A stretch of 64,000 nucleotides of DNA from a virus (IMGVR_UViG_3300033145_002563:276-64275), one strand, 5' to 3'. Positions 9,639-20,185 are shown, numbered from the stretch's first letter. Numbers and translations: made by a program. Notes: generated from the letters alone by a model not told the origin.

Positions 9639-10512
9639 CTTTTACCTCCTTATAAAACAGCTTCATATACAACTTTAAAAGATGACTATATACTCTCAAT
9701 CTTCTTCTTCTTGATAAAGGTCGAAAATTCATAGCTCTCTTGACAACATCTATCTCTTCTACTGTACATCGAGCAGGGGTTTTCTGTGTAAGTTGTTCAT
9801 TGTGTACTCTATAGTAAGCCAGAGGCTCAGGAACATACGTACATTTATACTTAGCAGTCATCTTTAGAATAAAAAAATAGTCCTCAGCTGATGTATAATG
9901 TGTAGGATTCCCAATCACTTCCATAAGAGCTTTTTTTTCAAAAACCAATGTAGGACAAGGCATAAAGTTATAACAAGTGAGTAAGTTGAAGTAAGGATCG
10001 TCCATCTTAGGAGGATATTTATCATGAAACGTTTCCTTTTGTATTTTACCATATCTTTTACCTTCAGTATAAACAGCCCAATGATCTGTGGGCTTTAACT
10101 CCCAGTCAAAATGATCGTAGTGGCAATCTGAGAATACTAATTTAACTTTAGGATCTTTTTCAAATAAAGCCATCTGCTTTTCGAGCTTCTCTGGATGCCA
10201 ATAATCATCTGCATCTAAGATAGCAATATAATCAGCAGACATTTGGTGCTTCATAACGGACATCCACCTTGCAATACCAATCGGAACTACAGAATAATGA
10301 AAGAAGGTAGACAAACAATTAATACTAATCCTCGCATCAGTAAAAGATTCTGCTATCTCAAGACTACGATCAGTAGAACTGTTATCGGTAAAAAAAAGAT
10401 ACCAATCGCTATACGTTTGGGCTTTTACACTTTCAATACATTGCTCAATAAATTTTTCATGATTGTAACAACTGACCAACACAGCCACTGATTTACTCAT
10501 AACTATATCCAA
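9619..10512 (-). CDS. Glycosyltransferase family 2 (probable start MSKS at 10500)
   Basis: VSCYNHEKFI, DNSSTD, YIAILDADD, SAEDY, YYRVH. Confidence 0.9.
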   Translation of the reverse strand: MDIVMSKSVAVLVSCYNHEKFIEQCIESVKAQTYSDWYLFFTDNSSTDRSLEIAESFTDARISINCLSTFFHYSVVPIGIARWMSVMKHQMSADYIAILDADDYWHPEKLEKQMALFEKDPKVKLVFSDCHYDHFDWELKPTDHWAVYTEGKRYGKIQKETFHDKYPPKMDDPYFNLLTCYNFMPCPTLVFEKKALMEVIGNPTHYTSAEDYFFILKMTAKYKCTYVPEPLAYYRVHNEQLTQKTPARCTVEEIDVVKRAMNFRPLSRRRRLRVYSHLLKLYMKLFYKEVKDVSLGF

Positions 10513-11317
10513 ACCTTCTCGTTAGTATTCCTTGAAATAGTTGTCTCCAATATTCCCTATTCCCATTAGCTCTACTATTACAACTATTACATACCGTTAT
10601 TAAATACCAGGGATGGCAATGTTTCTTATTGTAATCTATATGGTGAACATGCAAATGCCCTTTCTTTCCCCAACAATCAGGATTCTGACATCTATAATCA
10701 TCCCTCTGTTTTATTGAGTCCTTATAATCCTGACTCGCCCAAATTTCACAGTAAGGTTCAATCGAGGTCCCCCCTCTCCAATTCGGATTTTCTGCTCCAA
10801 CTCTGCAACTTCCATACATAGGATTGTTTTCGCCTTTATACATCGTTTTTCTTATAGCAGACATCGTGGCTCTTGATTTTTCACTATGTTTTTTCCCATA
10901 AAAGGGGTTTTTAGTTCCAGAAAAATCAGCATGATTTTCTGATATCTTTACTGCCACCTCTGGTCTTTTTGAAGGATTACTTTCACCCAACATTCTTTCA
11001 GATAGTTCATCATAGAATCCGTTCTTTCTTTTTGTTTCTATCGCCTTTGCAATAACCTCCGGTCTTTTCATAGGATTAAGATCGCCTACAAATTTAGCTC
11101 TAACTTCAGGACGTTTCATAGGATGGTCTTCGCCCAACGCCAATATTTTTATGGATACCTTTGCAGCTACTTCTGGTCTCTTCATAGGATGATTTATTCT
11201 GACATGATGCCCACGAATAAATCTATTCCTAGGTTTTACTTCTTCCCCACAACCACATTCACAGAGCTTGTTAGCTGGAATTTTCATTCTCCATTTTTCT
11301 TCTTTGTATTCAAACAA
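10493..11317 (-). CDS. Free-standing HNH homing endonuclease with NUMOD3-type repeats
   Basis: CECGCG; HPMKRPEV-type repeat x4; NPFYGKKHS; NPNWRGG; HVHHIDYNK...VCNSCNS. Confidence 0.85.
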   Translation of the reverse strand: MFEYKEEKWRMKIPANKLCECGCGEEVKPRNRFIRGHHVRINHPMKRPEVAAKVSIKILALGEDHPMKRPEVRAKFVGDLNPMKRPEVIAKAIETKRKNGFYDELSERMLGESNPSKRPEVAVKISENHADFSGTKNPFYGKKHSEKSRATMSAIRKTMYKGENNPMYGSCRVGAENPNWRGGTSIEPYCEIWASQDYKDSIKQRDDYRCQNPDCWGKKGHLHVHHIDYNKKHCHPWYLITVCNSCNSRANGNREYWRQLFQGILTRRFGYSYE

Positions 11318-11478
11318 GCCTGTTCGTACCCATGCCGAAAACCATGAATAAATTCTGTTTCAAGCAAAGGCCTCATTATTTCTAACAACCAATTAACATG
11401 ATTCTTTGCCAAATCTATAGCCCTTTGTTTATACTCATCTGGAACTATATCACTTATTTTGTATTTTTCTTTTTCCAT
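11284..11478 (-). CDS. Small hypothetical protein
   Basis: ORF track; overlaps both neighbours in operon orientation. Confidence 0.5.
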   Translation of the reverse strand: MEKEKYKISDIVPDEYKQRAIDLAKNHVNWLLEIMRPLLETEFIHGFRHGYEQACLNTKKKNGE

Positions 11479-11795
11479 TTCCTCTTCCTTTTCTTTGCAG
11501 AAGAAACCAACCGAGGTTTAGAGAATACATTTCTTTCTATAGTAACCATTACATCTCCACATATCACGAATCTCCAATTTCCATACCTGTAATAACTTGC
11601 CTCCTCAAACCGATTCTTAATCACTCTCAACACAAGCCCAGGAGCCCATCTCTCTTTTCTTGCCTGGGCAAACATACGACGGATCTCCTTCTCTGGATCC
11701 CTAGGAACAAAAGAAGGGTCGAGTCTCTTCTTCTCAGAAACATACTTCTCAATTGCATGCTCAGAAACTCTACTAACTGTCCTCTTCTGTCTCAT
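11454..11795 (-). CDS. Hypothetical protein (VSEHAIEKY motif)
   Basis: ORF track; GGAG RBS. Confidence 0.6.
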   Translation of the reverse strand: MRQKRTVSRVSEHAIEKYVSEKKRLDPSFVPRDPEKEIRRMFAQARKERWAPGLVLRVIKNRFEEASYYRYGNWRFVICGDVMVTIERNVFSKPRLVSSAKKRKRKWKKKNTK

Positions 11796-11817
11796 AGACC
11801 AACAAACTCCTTTCTCA

Positions 11818-13281
11818 TTAAAACAGATTTTGTATTCTCCTCATGGTTCTTACTGGATTAGCAAAAAACGACTTTACAGTCTTACTAATAACCTGTAACG
11901 GTTGATTCTTAATAGCAGAAACTAAAAGGTTTTTCTCTCCTTCTTGAACTATCTGTCTTAGATCCTTTTTAATCCATTGTTCTCCATTCAAGAGATAACT
12001 TCTTGTATGGAGAGCCTTATAATAGTCTTCTGGGTTCTTCCTAAACTCTTCAATCAAAGTATTGTTAAACAATCTAGATCCCGGATATGGAGTAGCTATA
12101 GATACATGGGGAAAGTAGATGCTAAGTTCCTCTGCCAAAGCAAAACTCATCTCCATCTCTTCCAAAGTCTCTCCAGGCATACCAACTACAAGAAATAGTC
12201 CCACATCCAGCCCAATACTCTTAACATATCTCACAAGCTCTTTCGCCCTATTTAGTTTGACTGGCTTCTTTATAACTTCATCTAACACTCTTTGACTACC
12301 AGATTCCAAAGCAAAATTTAATTTGTAACAACCAGAAGCCTTCATTTTATCTATCAGCTGTTCACTAAGAGTCCAAACTGCTACTCCATTTGGAGTATCC
12401 CAAGAGAGATCTAAACCAACCTTTACCATCAAATCAAACAATTTCAGAGCCCTATTTGAATTGAGAGTCAAATTATCATCTTCGAACATTATTTCCTCAA
12501 CCCCAAAATTCCTAACAAGGAGGCTCAATTCCTCAACTACATTCTCAGGACTTCTTGCTCTATACTTTTTGCCCCAAACCCGATGAGCAGAACAAAAAGT
12601 ACAACCAACTGGACATCCTCTTGAAGTAAGAACAGGAACGAACTTTTTATATTTCCTTCTTCCATGAGAGGTCTTAGAACCAAAATATCTACTTAGTCCT
12701 ACTATATCCCAGGCAGGAAAAGGAATCTCATCTACATTCGATATATGCCTTTTTCTAATACCTATCTTAGGTTCTAACCCATCTTTCAATTTCTCAATGA
12801 GATCGACAAGGGCCTGCTCGCCTTCCCCTGAAACCACAAAATCAATGTTGTCATCTCGCAAAACTATTTCCGTAGAAGCTGATGGATGAGCCCCTCCTGC
12901 TACAGTTACTATAGAAGAATCAATCCTTTTCACAATAGAATAGACGCAATGGGCCAGTTTAGCTTGTCTACTAAATATATTACTTACCCCAACCATATCA
13001 GGTTGAAAATCTTTGATTCTTTCTCCAATCTGAAATTCATTCAATCCAACAATATCGGCTCCTTCATAAATCTCTGATTCTCTCTTCTGAGTTCTTCCTT
13101 CTAGAAAACAATCAAGTATTTCTATTTCTATTCCTATCCTCTCTAAAGAAGCAGCTAGGTAAGCCAATCCTAAAGGAGGATAGAGATTGATGTCCTCTCT
13201 ATCCCCTGAAGAATATACAGGGGGGGCCACCAAGAGAACTTTTTTGATTTCTTTTTTAATCACTTCCGTATCAATAGCCAA
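11818..13281 (-). CDS. B12-binding radical SAM protein
   Basis: PPLGLAYLAA, GGAHPS, SRGCPVGCTFC (CxxxCxxC), FEDDNL, ALESGS, VGMPGET, TPYPGS. Confidence 0.92.
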   Translation of the reverse strand: MAIDTEVIKKEIKKVLLVAPPVYSSGDREDINLYPPLGLAYLAASLERIGIEIEILDCFLEGRTQKRESEIYEGADIVGLNEFQIGERIKDFQPDMVGVSNIFSRQAKLAHCVYSIVKRIDSSIVTVAGGAHPSASTEIVLRDDNIDFVVSGEGEQALVDLIEKLKDGLEPKIGIRKRHISNVDEIPFPAWDIVGLSRYFGSKTSHGRRKYKKFVPVLTSRGCPVGCTFCSAHRVWGKKYRARSPENVVEELSLLVRNFGVEEIMFEDDNLTLNSNRALKLFDLMVKVGLDLSWDTPNGVAVWTLSEQLIDKMKASGCYKLNFALESGSQRVLDEVIKKPVKLNRAKELVRYVKSIGLDVGLFLVVGMPGETLEEMEMSFALAEELSIYFPHVSIATPYPGSRLFNNTLIEEFRKNPEDYYKALHTRSYLLNGEQWIKKDLRQIVQEGEKNLLVSAIKNQPLQVISKTVKSFFANPVRTMRRIQNLF

Positions 13282-14032
13282 ACGAACCCCACCAGCTTTT
13301 CTCCTTCATCAAACATTCTGCAACCTGGAACTGGAACTCATTATCAACTTCCCAGCTTCTTTCAGGAGGCATTATGTAAGAAGTTATTCCATCAATATAA
13401 CGAGTCCTCTTTTCCAACAACTGTTTAACATCTACTATAAAAATGGCTCCATTATCTAAATAAGCTTGAGAAACAGTCTTACCTACAAAATCACTCACTT
13501 TAGAAAAACAAGAAAAAGCAGGAACCAAAGTACTGAAAATTTCTGGTGGTTCCGAAGAATGATCTTTCATCTTATACATAAAATAAGGAGAGCACCCCGG
13601 CTCTACACTTATAACACTTTGTATTGGTTTCCTTCCTCTAAAAACAAATAGATCGTATGCTATTTCTATATCTTTCGAAGAAGTAAAAGGACAATCGGGT
13701 TGGAGTAAGATTAAAGTAGTAAACTTAGCTTCCGACAGAGTCTTCAGCCAATAGATAGCCACATCCACTGTCTGTATAGGATCATAAGCCATATGTTTTG
13801 GCTGCAAACCAAAAAAATACAAATCTTGCGAATGGTCAATGTGCCGAGGCAATTCTCCAGATTCGCTTGAAACGACAACTTGGTCGCTCACATTAGATTC
13901 CAAAGCAGCACCAAGCACGTAGTTTATCATTGGTCTACCAGCGAGTTTCCTGATATTCTTTTTAGGCACTCTTTCAGAACAAAGTTTTGTTGGAATCACA
14001 ATTAATACTTTCTCTTCCACCCCTACCTCCAA
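13271..14032 (-). CDS. neuA: Acylneuraminate cytidylyltransferase (CMP-nonulosonate synthetase)
   Basis: SERVPKKNIRKLAGRPMI, LLQPDCPFTS, YLDNGAIF, SWEVDNEFQF. Confidence 0.85.
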   Translation of the reverse strand: MEVGVEEKVLIVIPTKLCSERVPKKNIRKLAGRPMINYVLGAALESNVSDQVVVSSESGELPRHIDHSQDLYFFGLQPKHMAYDPIQTVDVAIYWLKTLSEAKFTTLILLQPDCPFTSSKDIEIAYDLFVFRGRKPIQSVISVEPGCSPYFMYKMKDHSSEPPEIFSTLVPAFSCFSKVSDFVGKTVSQAYLDNGAIFIVDVKQLLEKRTRYIDGITSYIMPPERSWEVDNEFQFQVAECLMKEKSWWGSFGY

Positions 14033-14532
14033 TATGTTTTTAGAAAACTATCATCATTTATAAAAACATCGTATTCATTCTTCTCCACTAATTTTCTTAC
14101 CTGCTGGATGAGACTCAAAGTATCTGGTACCAATACCACTCTTTTTGTTAGAAGTTCTTTAGCTTCATCAATTATCTTCAACGATTCTAAAACAAAAATA
14201 GGTTTCTTTGATCCTAAAACTTCAAGCAGTGTTGTAGAAGGCCAATCAATTACAATAGCATCATGTTGTCGCACGAGCTTGCTGAGTTTTCTATCTTTTA
14301 CAAATTTTACTTTGTGAAATCCAGGATAATCTTTTCTCCTTAGATACCAAGGAGGCAGACGATATCCTCTTACATCGTGTAAAGAAACAGTCAAAGATAC
14401 TCCAAGAATTAAATTCAAATAGGTTATCAGTTCCCTTTGGGTTTGTTCTAAACGATGATCAGAAGGGAATGGTATGTACCCTCCATAAACATTCTGACCA
14501 AACAGATTTGTAGTCACATAAAGAATTTTCAT
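14023..14532 (-). CDS. Hypothetical, GT-B-like C-terminal half of a polysaccharide biosynthesis protein
   Basis: AIVIDWPSTTLLEVL motif; abuts the upstream gene. Confidence 0.55.
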   Translation of the reverse strand: MKILYVTTNLFGQNVYGGYIPFPSDHRLEQTQRELITYLNLILGVSLTVSLHDVRGYRLPPWYLRRKDYPGFHKVKFVKDRKLSKLVRQHDAIVIDWPSTTLLEVLGSKKPIFVLESLKIIDEAKELLTKRVVLVPDTLSLIQQVRKLVEKNEYDVFINDDSFLKTYWR

Positions 14533-14533
14533 T

Positions 14534-15715
14534 TCACAAACTCTCTATAACTTCTCCTTCATGGATAATTTTGATGTCCAACTCATCAACCAAATCTTGA
14601 TATATACTAACAACTTTACTACCATAAGTAACAAAGTAATCTGTCTCAACTAAATCCAAATATGGTAATGTCTTGTGATAGTAGTAGCCCATAGAACCGT
14701 GTTGAACAGTATATACAGGAATGCCTGAATCCCTTGCTGCTCTACAAACTACAAAAGTATAAAGAAACTTAGTCGAAGTCAAGATAGCTTTTGGTTTCAA
14801 CTTCCTCAAATACTTACAAGCCTTACTGTAAACTTTCATACTATACTCAGCCTCTTGAAACAATTGCTTAAATGGGAGAATAAGAATGGAAAGAAAATCT
14901 AATTGCTCTTCAAAGACAAAAGGATTCTCCTTCACCACTTCTCGCCGCCAAAATCGAGGGAAGTAAAGCTGAAAGATCTTAGGAATCTTTCTACACCATT
15001 TATTCGGATCCAAAACCTGGAACTTATATCCCTCTTTTACAAAAGACTTGATAAAAGATTTCCACTCAGCAACCGGAGTAATCAAAAGCAAAATCCCCTT
15101 CTCCTTCTTCTTCGGAAGGAATCTCGCAATCATATTCGCTACAAACAACTTGGTAGAACTGGGCTGAAACGTCTTCACTCTCTTATGGGAACTTTTCACC
15201 TCAGGAAGTATCTTAATATTCAACTGTCTTCCAAGCAGATTTTCCCAGCCAGGCAAGGCCAATATCCTTCCCCACAAACACTGCCTTTGATCAAAAACAA
15301 AATTTCTCTCTACTGGAGCATACCACTTCGTAGTATGAACCCAGACTTCATTTGTATCACTACCCTCCAGAATCTTTTTCAAACAATAAATTCTATAGTA
15401 TAGATTACTTAGAACGAGATAGAATTCATGTATTCTATACATAAAAGGTGTTATGCCTTTAAAGTATTTATTGTCCCACCTAGTAAAAATCTCCTTTGTC
15501 TTTTGAAATGTCTCGTCTGTCAGTTCTTCTAATTCTTCCTCATCAATGAAATAATCCTGAGTAAGATAAGGAATTGCTCTGTCGTCTAATTCAGCAGAAG
15601 CCCAAGGAGAAAGAGAGATCCATTGATTGTCTGTAAGCAACCTACCTTCAAGTCTAAGTCTCCAAATCATATCCTTGACTTGTTGTTCATGATCTACTAG
15701 AAGAAGTTTTCTCAT
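14534..15715 (-). CDS. Polysaccharide/capsule biosynthesis protein, N-terminal part
   Basis: AARDSGIPVYTVQHG...DYFVTYG motif typical of GT-B-like capsule proteins. Confidence 0.6.
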   Translation of the reverse strand: MRKLLLVDHEQQVKDMIWRLRLEGRLLTDNQWISLSPWASAELDDRAIPYLTQDYFIDEEELEELTDETFQKTKEIFTRWDNKYFKGITPFMYRIHEFYLVLSNLYYRIYCLKKILEGSDTNEVWVHTTKWYAPVERNFVFDQRQCLWGRILALPGWENLLGRQLNIKILPEVKSSHKRVKTFQPSSTKLFVANMIARFLPKKKEKGILLLITPVAEWKSFIKSFVKEGYKFQVLDPNKWCRKIPKIFQLYFPRFWRREVVKENPFVFEEQLDFLSILILPFKQLFQEAEYSMKVYSKACKYLRKLKPKAILTSTKFLYTFVVCRAARDSGIPVYTVQHGSMGYYYHKTLPYLDLVETDYFVTYGSKVVSIYQDLVDELDIKIIHEGEVIESL

Positions 15716-15723
15716 GTTCTTTA

Positions 15724-15945
15724 CTATCCCGAAGCAGGTTCAAAATATAAGCTCCCTTCATCTAACATTGCTTGTAGAATTTCCTTTTCAGTTTCTAACA
15801 ACTTGTTATCGCTCTTTCGATAGTGTTTTGTTCCCCCAGCAAGAGCTGCTCGAATTGATAACAAAAGTACAACAGCCTTATCTACTACTTCAATCTCTTT
15901 GTCATCGTAGAATGGCATTTCGTCTACTGTTTTTCCACCAAACAA
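15724..15945 (-). CDS. Small hypothetical protein
   Basis: ORF track only. Confidence 0.45.
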   Translation of the reverse strand: MFGGKTVDEMPFYDDKEIEVVDKAVVLLLSIRAALAGGTKHYRKSDNKLLETEKEILQAMLDEGSLYFEPASG

Positions 15946-16123
15946 TAAAATTAGCTATAAATAACATTCCTGAAAAACTACTAACAGTAAATTGATGTTC
16001 CCCCAAAAGCTCAACACCAGAACGAAGACAAATCAATTGAGCCTCCAACCATGATTTTGCATAGATATACTCGGCATAAAAATCGTTTCCAATTTTCCTG
16101 TTTGTGAGATACTTTTTTATCAT
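15902..16123 (-). CDS. Small hypothetical protein
   Basis: ORF track; ATGA overlap with the upstream gene. Confidence 0.5.
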   Translation of the reverse strand: MIKKYLTNRKIGNDFYAEYIYAKSWLEAQLICLRSGVELLGEHQFTVSSFSGMLFIANFIVWWKNSRRNAILR

Positions 16124-16335
16124 CTATACTCCATCTTTCTAATACTTAACCTTTTACGTTTTTGTCTTTTCGGTTTTCCTTTCATCTCTCGTTCTAAGTA
16201 ACTTAAACACGTTTTACATGTTACCAAATTTCTACTTTTACTTGTTCGTAAGTTGATTCCATAAGTACCACAAGCACAATCAGGAATGGAGAAAGGCAAT
16301 TTTCTAAGTAAGTAATGTGTTTTCATATTAAACAA
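16120..16335 (-). CDS. Small Cys-containing hypothetical protein
   Basis: H..CAC..VTCKTC pattern. Confidence 0.5.
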   Translation of the reverse strand: MFNMKTHYLLRKLPFSIPDCACGTYGINLRTSKSRNLVTCKTCLSYLEREMKGKPKRQKRKRLSIRKMEYR

Positions 16336-17143
16336 TAAATCTATTTGCCAGAAATTCCTTGTTTTTCAACTCCTCTGCACAAGGCCTTTTGATTCCTTCC
16401 CCCAACAGAATCTCTGTCCTCCGAATACGACGAACCATCTCAGCAAACTCCGCGACATCAGCAGATACTACCACGTCAGTAGATTCTGTTAAATCTTTCC
16501 GAATAACAAAATGTTTCTCGATTACAGAGGCACCAGCTGCAACAGCAGCCACGCAAGCATCAATCCCTGTTGTATGATCCGAATACCCTATTTGGTAACC
16601 ATCATACCCAAATGTCTCAAGTAAATTTCTCACTGCCCCCACATTGGCCAACTCATCTTTACAAGGATAGAGACTAACACAATGCATAAGACAGATATCT
16701 ATACTCCCCCACCCCTGCCCTACAACATCTTCAATATCTCCTACAGAAGCAAGCCCAGTGGAAACATAAAGTTTATCTATATCAAGACCCCATGCAAACT
16801 CCAAAAACTCCTCATTGTATATCATACAAGAAGCTATCTTCAACTTAGTTAGACCCAACTCATTTACAAGAAAGTCCGCTCTCTCTCTACTAAATGGAGA
16901 ACTAAGAAACTCTACATTATGTTTTTCAGCATGCTCTTTCAACTCAAAATGGTCTTCATTAGATAGAGAAGCCTTGAGAAACCAATCCCTCTCAGGATCC
17001 TCCTTACGAATACAAGCTTCATTATAAGATTGAAACTTAACAATATCCGCTCCGTTGAGAGCAGCATACATGATCATGCCCTTTGCAAGTTCTATATCTC
17101 CATTGTGGTTATCCCCAATCTCTGCTATGATTTCTGTCTCCAT
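16328..17143 (-). CDS. neuB: N-acetylneuraminate/nonulosonate synthase lacking the C-terminal SAF domain
   Basis: IIAEIGDNHNGD, ADIVKFQ, SSPFS, LKIAS, MHCVSLYP, GYSDHT, VIEKHF. Confidence 0.92.
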   Translation of the reverse strand: METEIIAEIGDNHNGDIELAKGMIMYAALNGADIVKFQSYNEACIRKEDPERDWFLKASLSNEDHFELKEHAEKHNVEFLSSPFSRERADFLVNELGLTKLKIASCMIYNEEFLEFAWGLDIDKLYVSTGLASVGDIEDVVGQGWGSIDICLMHCVSLYPCKDELANVGAVRNLLETFGYDGYQIGYSDHTTGIDACVAAVAAGASVIEKHFVIRKDLTESTDVVVSADVAEFAEMVRRIRRTEILLGEGIKRPCAEELKNKEFLANRFIV

Positions 17144-17874
17144 TTTTTCTCCTTCAGATCAGCCACAAACTCAAGATCAGAATTCGGCCCACAAGTCAAC
17201 AATAAGTCAGACCCCCAACAATCAATAAGATCCGCCCAACCACGAAGTCTTTTGTGAAGATTTTCAGTCATTCCTTCGCTGTGTTTTCTATAGGCCCACA
17301 AAGGTTCACGGTAATGAAAGAATTCAAAATGTTTCTGCATCAATCTTAGATGTAAATCATATTCCTCCCAAAAGAAATCTCTATATCCCCCAACATCTCT
17401 AAGAATAGAAGTAGGGTACATAATCCCACAGGCTTGTATATCATAAAGATTGTTTTTCTCAAAAAATTTAACCTTCAATTCTCCTTTTTCTAGAAGGAAA
17501 TAATCAGAATAACAAACTCTATCATAGTTCATATTCTTCAATAAAGATGACAACAGAGAAGGCATTGCAAGATCGTCTGAATCCAACCTAGTAAAATACT
17601 GGCCCCTTGCTACCTCTAACACTTCGTTACACCTAGTGACCAGTCCTTTGTTATAAAGGTGATTGACAAATCTCAACTCAGATCCATTAGCAGAATATTT
17701 CTTTATAGCATCCTTCATGACCTTCCTAGTCTGATCAGTTGACCCATCGTTTACAACAATCACTTCATACTGATCAGCAGGTAGATTCTGACATCTGAGA
17801 GATTCTAAAGCTTGACGAACGTATTTACTTTGATTATAAGTTATCATTGCTACAGTAACAAGAGGATTATTCAT
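17125..17874 (-). CDS. Glycosyltransferase family 2
   Basis: VIVVNDGSTD, FTRLDSDD, WEEYDL, YRKH. Confidence 0.9.
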   Translation of the reverse strand: MNNPLVTVAMITYNQSKYVRQALESLRCQNLPADQYEVIVVNDGSTDQTRKVMKDAIKKYSANGSELRFVNHLYNKGLVTRCNEVLEVARGQYFTRLDSDDLAMPSLLSSLLKNMNYDRVCYSDYFLLEKGELKVKFFEKNNLYDIQACGIMYPTSILRDVGGYRDFFWEEYDLHLRLMQKHFEFFHYREPLWAYRKHSEGMTENLHKRLRGWADLIDCWGSDLLLTCGPNSDLEFVADLKEKKWRQKS

Positions 17875-18788
17875 TTTACTTTCTCAATGTACCACTTTAT
17901 GTATTTTTTCAATCCCTCCTCGAAAGTTGTACTCGGTTCCCAAGAAAAATGGTCAAATGCTTTCATTGAAGATATTTCCTTTCCAGAAAAATCCCCTTCC
18001 CTTTTCTCTCCAAATTGGATATCAACCGGGATTTCTACCAAAGATTTTATACTTTCTGTAATCTGCTTTATAGTAATCTTTTCCGATCCTTCAATATTAT
18101 ATATCTGATTACGAGTTGTCTCGAAATGATCTAACACAGCTGTATGAGCCTCTGCCAAATCTTCTACGTAAAGAAATTTCCTAAATTGAGAACCATCACC
18201 ATCAATAACTATTGGCTGACCTTCCAAAGCCTTCTTAACAAATACAGGAATTACAGCATTCATTCTTGCTCGGGGACCATAAGGAATACCATATCTAAGA
18301 ATTGTATAATCAATCCCATACATCTTAGCATACGACTGACAATACAGTTCCCCTACATACTTAGTTACAGTATAAAAATGAGTTGGAGGAGGAATCAAAG
18401 TGTCTTCATCTACAAAACTACTCATAACATCGCTATACACCCAAACTGTACTGGCATATATCACTCTTTTGACTTGTTCACCTAAACGCACTGCTTCTAA
18501 AACATTTGTAGTTCCCTGAACATTGACTTCCTCCGCTCTCCGAGGATCTTTAGCAACCTCATATACATCTGCTACAGCACATAAATGTAGAATTACATCA
18601 ACCTTATCCAAAGCCATTCTTACGCTTTCTAAGTTTAGAATATCTCCATGGAAAAATTCTACCTCCGAAGTAGAATGATAAGTAGAAAGAACAGCATCAA
18701 ATATTCGAACATCGTTCCCATCTTTCAACAAAGCATCAATTACATGACTACCTATAAATCCGCTGCCCCCTATCACAAGTACTCGCAT
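17871..18788 (-). CDS. NAD-dependent epimerase/dehydratase
   Basis: GGSGFIGSH; YTVTK (YxxxK); LRYGIPYGP. Confidence 0.92.
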   Translation of the reverse strand: MRVLVIGGSGFIGSHVIDALLKDGNDVRIFDAVLSTYHSTSEVEFFHGDILNLESVRMALDKVDVILHLCAVADVYEVAKDPRRAEEVNVQGTTNVLEAVRLGEQVKRVIYASTVWVYSDVMSSFVDEDTLIPPPTHFYTVTKYVGELYCQSYAKMYGIDYTILRYGIPYGPRARMNAVIPVFVKKALEGQPIVIDGDGSQFRKFLYVEDLAEAHTAVLDHFETTRNQIYNIEGSEKITIKQITESIKSLVEIPVDIQFGEKREGDFSGKEISSMKAFDHFSWEPSTTFEEGLKKYIKWYIEKVK

Positions 18789-18814
18789 TATTCACCTCTT
18801 TTCCTTAAAGCACA

Positions 18815-19000
18815 TTACGGGTTAATTCCTCTCGCTTTCACAATTTCCAATGCTTGCTCCTCAGTAAACCCCACTTTTACTAAAGCATCAAATCTGGCTC
18901 GGAGTATCAGAGAAATCGAAGCTTGTGATTGGATTATTGCATTTAGATTTTCCCTTACTTTCTCTAAAGCTTCAGCAAGAATTAATTCTTTATCAGGCAC
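18815..19000 (-). CDS. Small hypothetical protein
   Basis: LVKVGFTEEQALEIVKA pattern. Confidence 0.55.
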   Translation of the reverse strand: MPDKELILAEALEKVRENLNAIIQSQASISLILRARFDALVKVGFTEEQALEIVKARGINP

Positions 19001-19959
19001 TACTCATCTCCTTTATAATACAATGGAACACACCAATGATTCTCAGCTACCCAATCAGTATTTGATAAGTACTCTCCTGTTTTTAGTATACGATGACAGG
19101 GCTGATCGTATACTTTACCAGTAGAATTATCTATACAATTAAAAACAATATACTTGTACAAACCAGAGATCATGCTTTCAGGAAATTGAACACGATTTGG
19201 AAAATTTGGATCAAGATATTTCTGCGCATATTCATTTTTCCACATAACAATCTCATTGAGTCGATTAATCTGAACAAGCCCTATTGCTGCCACGAACTCA
19301 TTCATTCTATAGTTCCCACCTTCAACAAGATGGGCAGACTTACCATAATTGCGGTACTGTTTAGCAAATTCAGCTAACGCCTGGTTTTTTGTAACCAGCA
19401 TCCCTCCTTCGCCCGTCGAAATTGTCTTTGTTCCATAGAAAGAATAGATCCCAACATCTCCAAAAGCCCCGGCTTTCTTCCCATTCCAAGAAGCTCCATG
19501 AGCATGAGCACAGTCTTCTAAAAGAGGAATCCCTTCTTTCCTACACTTGAGAACCAAATCTTCAACACGAAAAGCTATATGACCACCGATATGTACCAAA
19601 AAGACTGCATCTACATGAGCAGAACTACTATAAGGATTCAAACACAAATCATCTGTGTAACAATCCCCAAAAAAAACCTTACCTCCTGCTTTCAATATAC
19701 TCAAAGGAGTAGCCATAAAAGTATTCGACGGACAGAGAACTTTCTTCCCTTTGATCTCAAAATACTCAAGAGCCGCCATCGCCGCTCCAAACCATGAAGA
19801 AAAAGCTACTGCATATGGAACACCCACATACTCAGCCCATTTATCTTCAAACATTCTTACAAACTTTCCTTCAGACCAAACATGGTTCTGAAAAATTTCA
19901 TCCCAATAAGAGTGAATCCTCTTTTCGTCTTCTTTTTCAAAACCAATTCTAAACTTCAT
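19000..19959 (-). CDS. DegT/DnrJ/EryC1/StrS sugar aminotransferase
   Basis: LLEDCAHAHGA, SFYGTKTISTGEGGM, NYRMNE. Confidence 0.92.
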   Translation of the reverse strand: MKFRIGFEKEDEKRIHSYWDEIFQNHVWSEGKFVRMFEDKWAEYVGVPYAVAFSSWFGAAMAALEYFEIKGKKVLCPSNTFMATPLSILKAGGKVFFGDCYTDDLCLNPYSSSAHVDAVFLVHIGGHIAFRVEDLVLKCRKEGIPLLEDCAHAHGASWNGKKAGAFGDVGIYSFYGTKTISTGEGGMLVTKNQALAEFAKQYRNYGKSAHLVEGGNYRMNEFVAAIGLVQINRLNEIVMWKNEYAQKYLDPNFPNRVQFPESMISGLYKYIVFNCIDNSTGKVYDQPCHRILKTGEYLSNTDWVAENHWCVPLYYKGDE

Positions 19960-20173
19960 CCCTCTTGCCCTCAGAAGTCTCCAATTTTAAATCCTCAATT
20001 CCTTCTTCCATACCTTCAACAACAAGTCCCCCATTTCTCAGAAGATGATCAATAAGTTTAACTAACATCTGCAGAGATGAATCAATAGACTGCATAGTCT
20101 TATTTAATTCTTTCAAATAGCTCTCTACATAAGTGAAATGTAAAATTGTCTTCCTTTTAAACTCCTTATCCAC
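19949..20173 (-). CDS. Small hypothetical protein
   Basis: ORF track; GGAGG RBS upstream. Confidence 0.5.
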   Translation of the reverse strand: MDKEFKRKTILHFTYVESYLKELNKTMQSIDSSLQMLVKLIDHLLRNGGLVVEGMEEGIEDLKLETSEGKRDEV

Positions 20174-20185
20174 AACGACCCTCCT

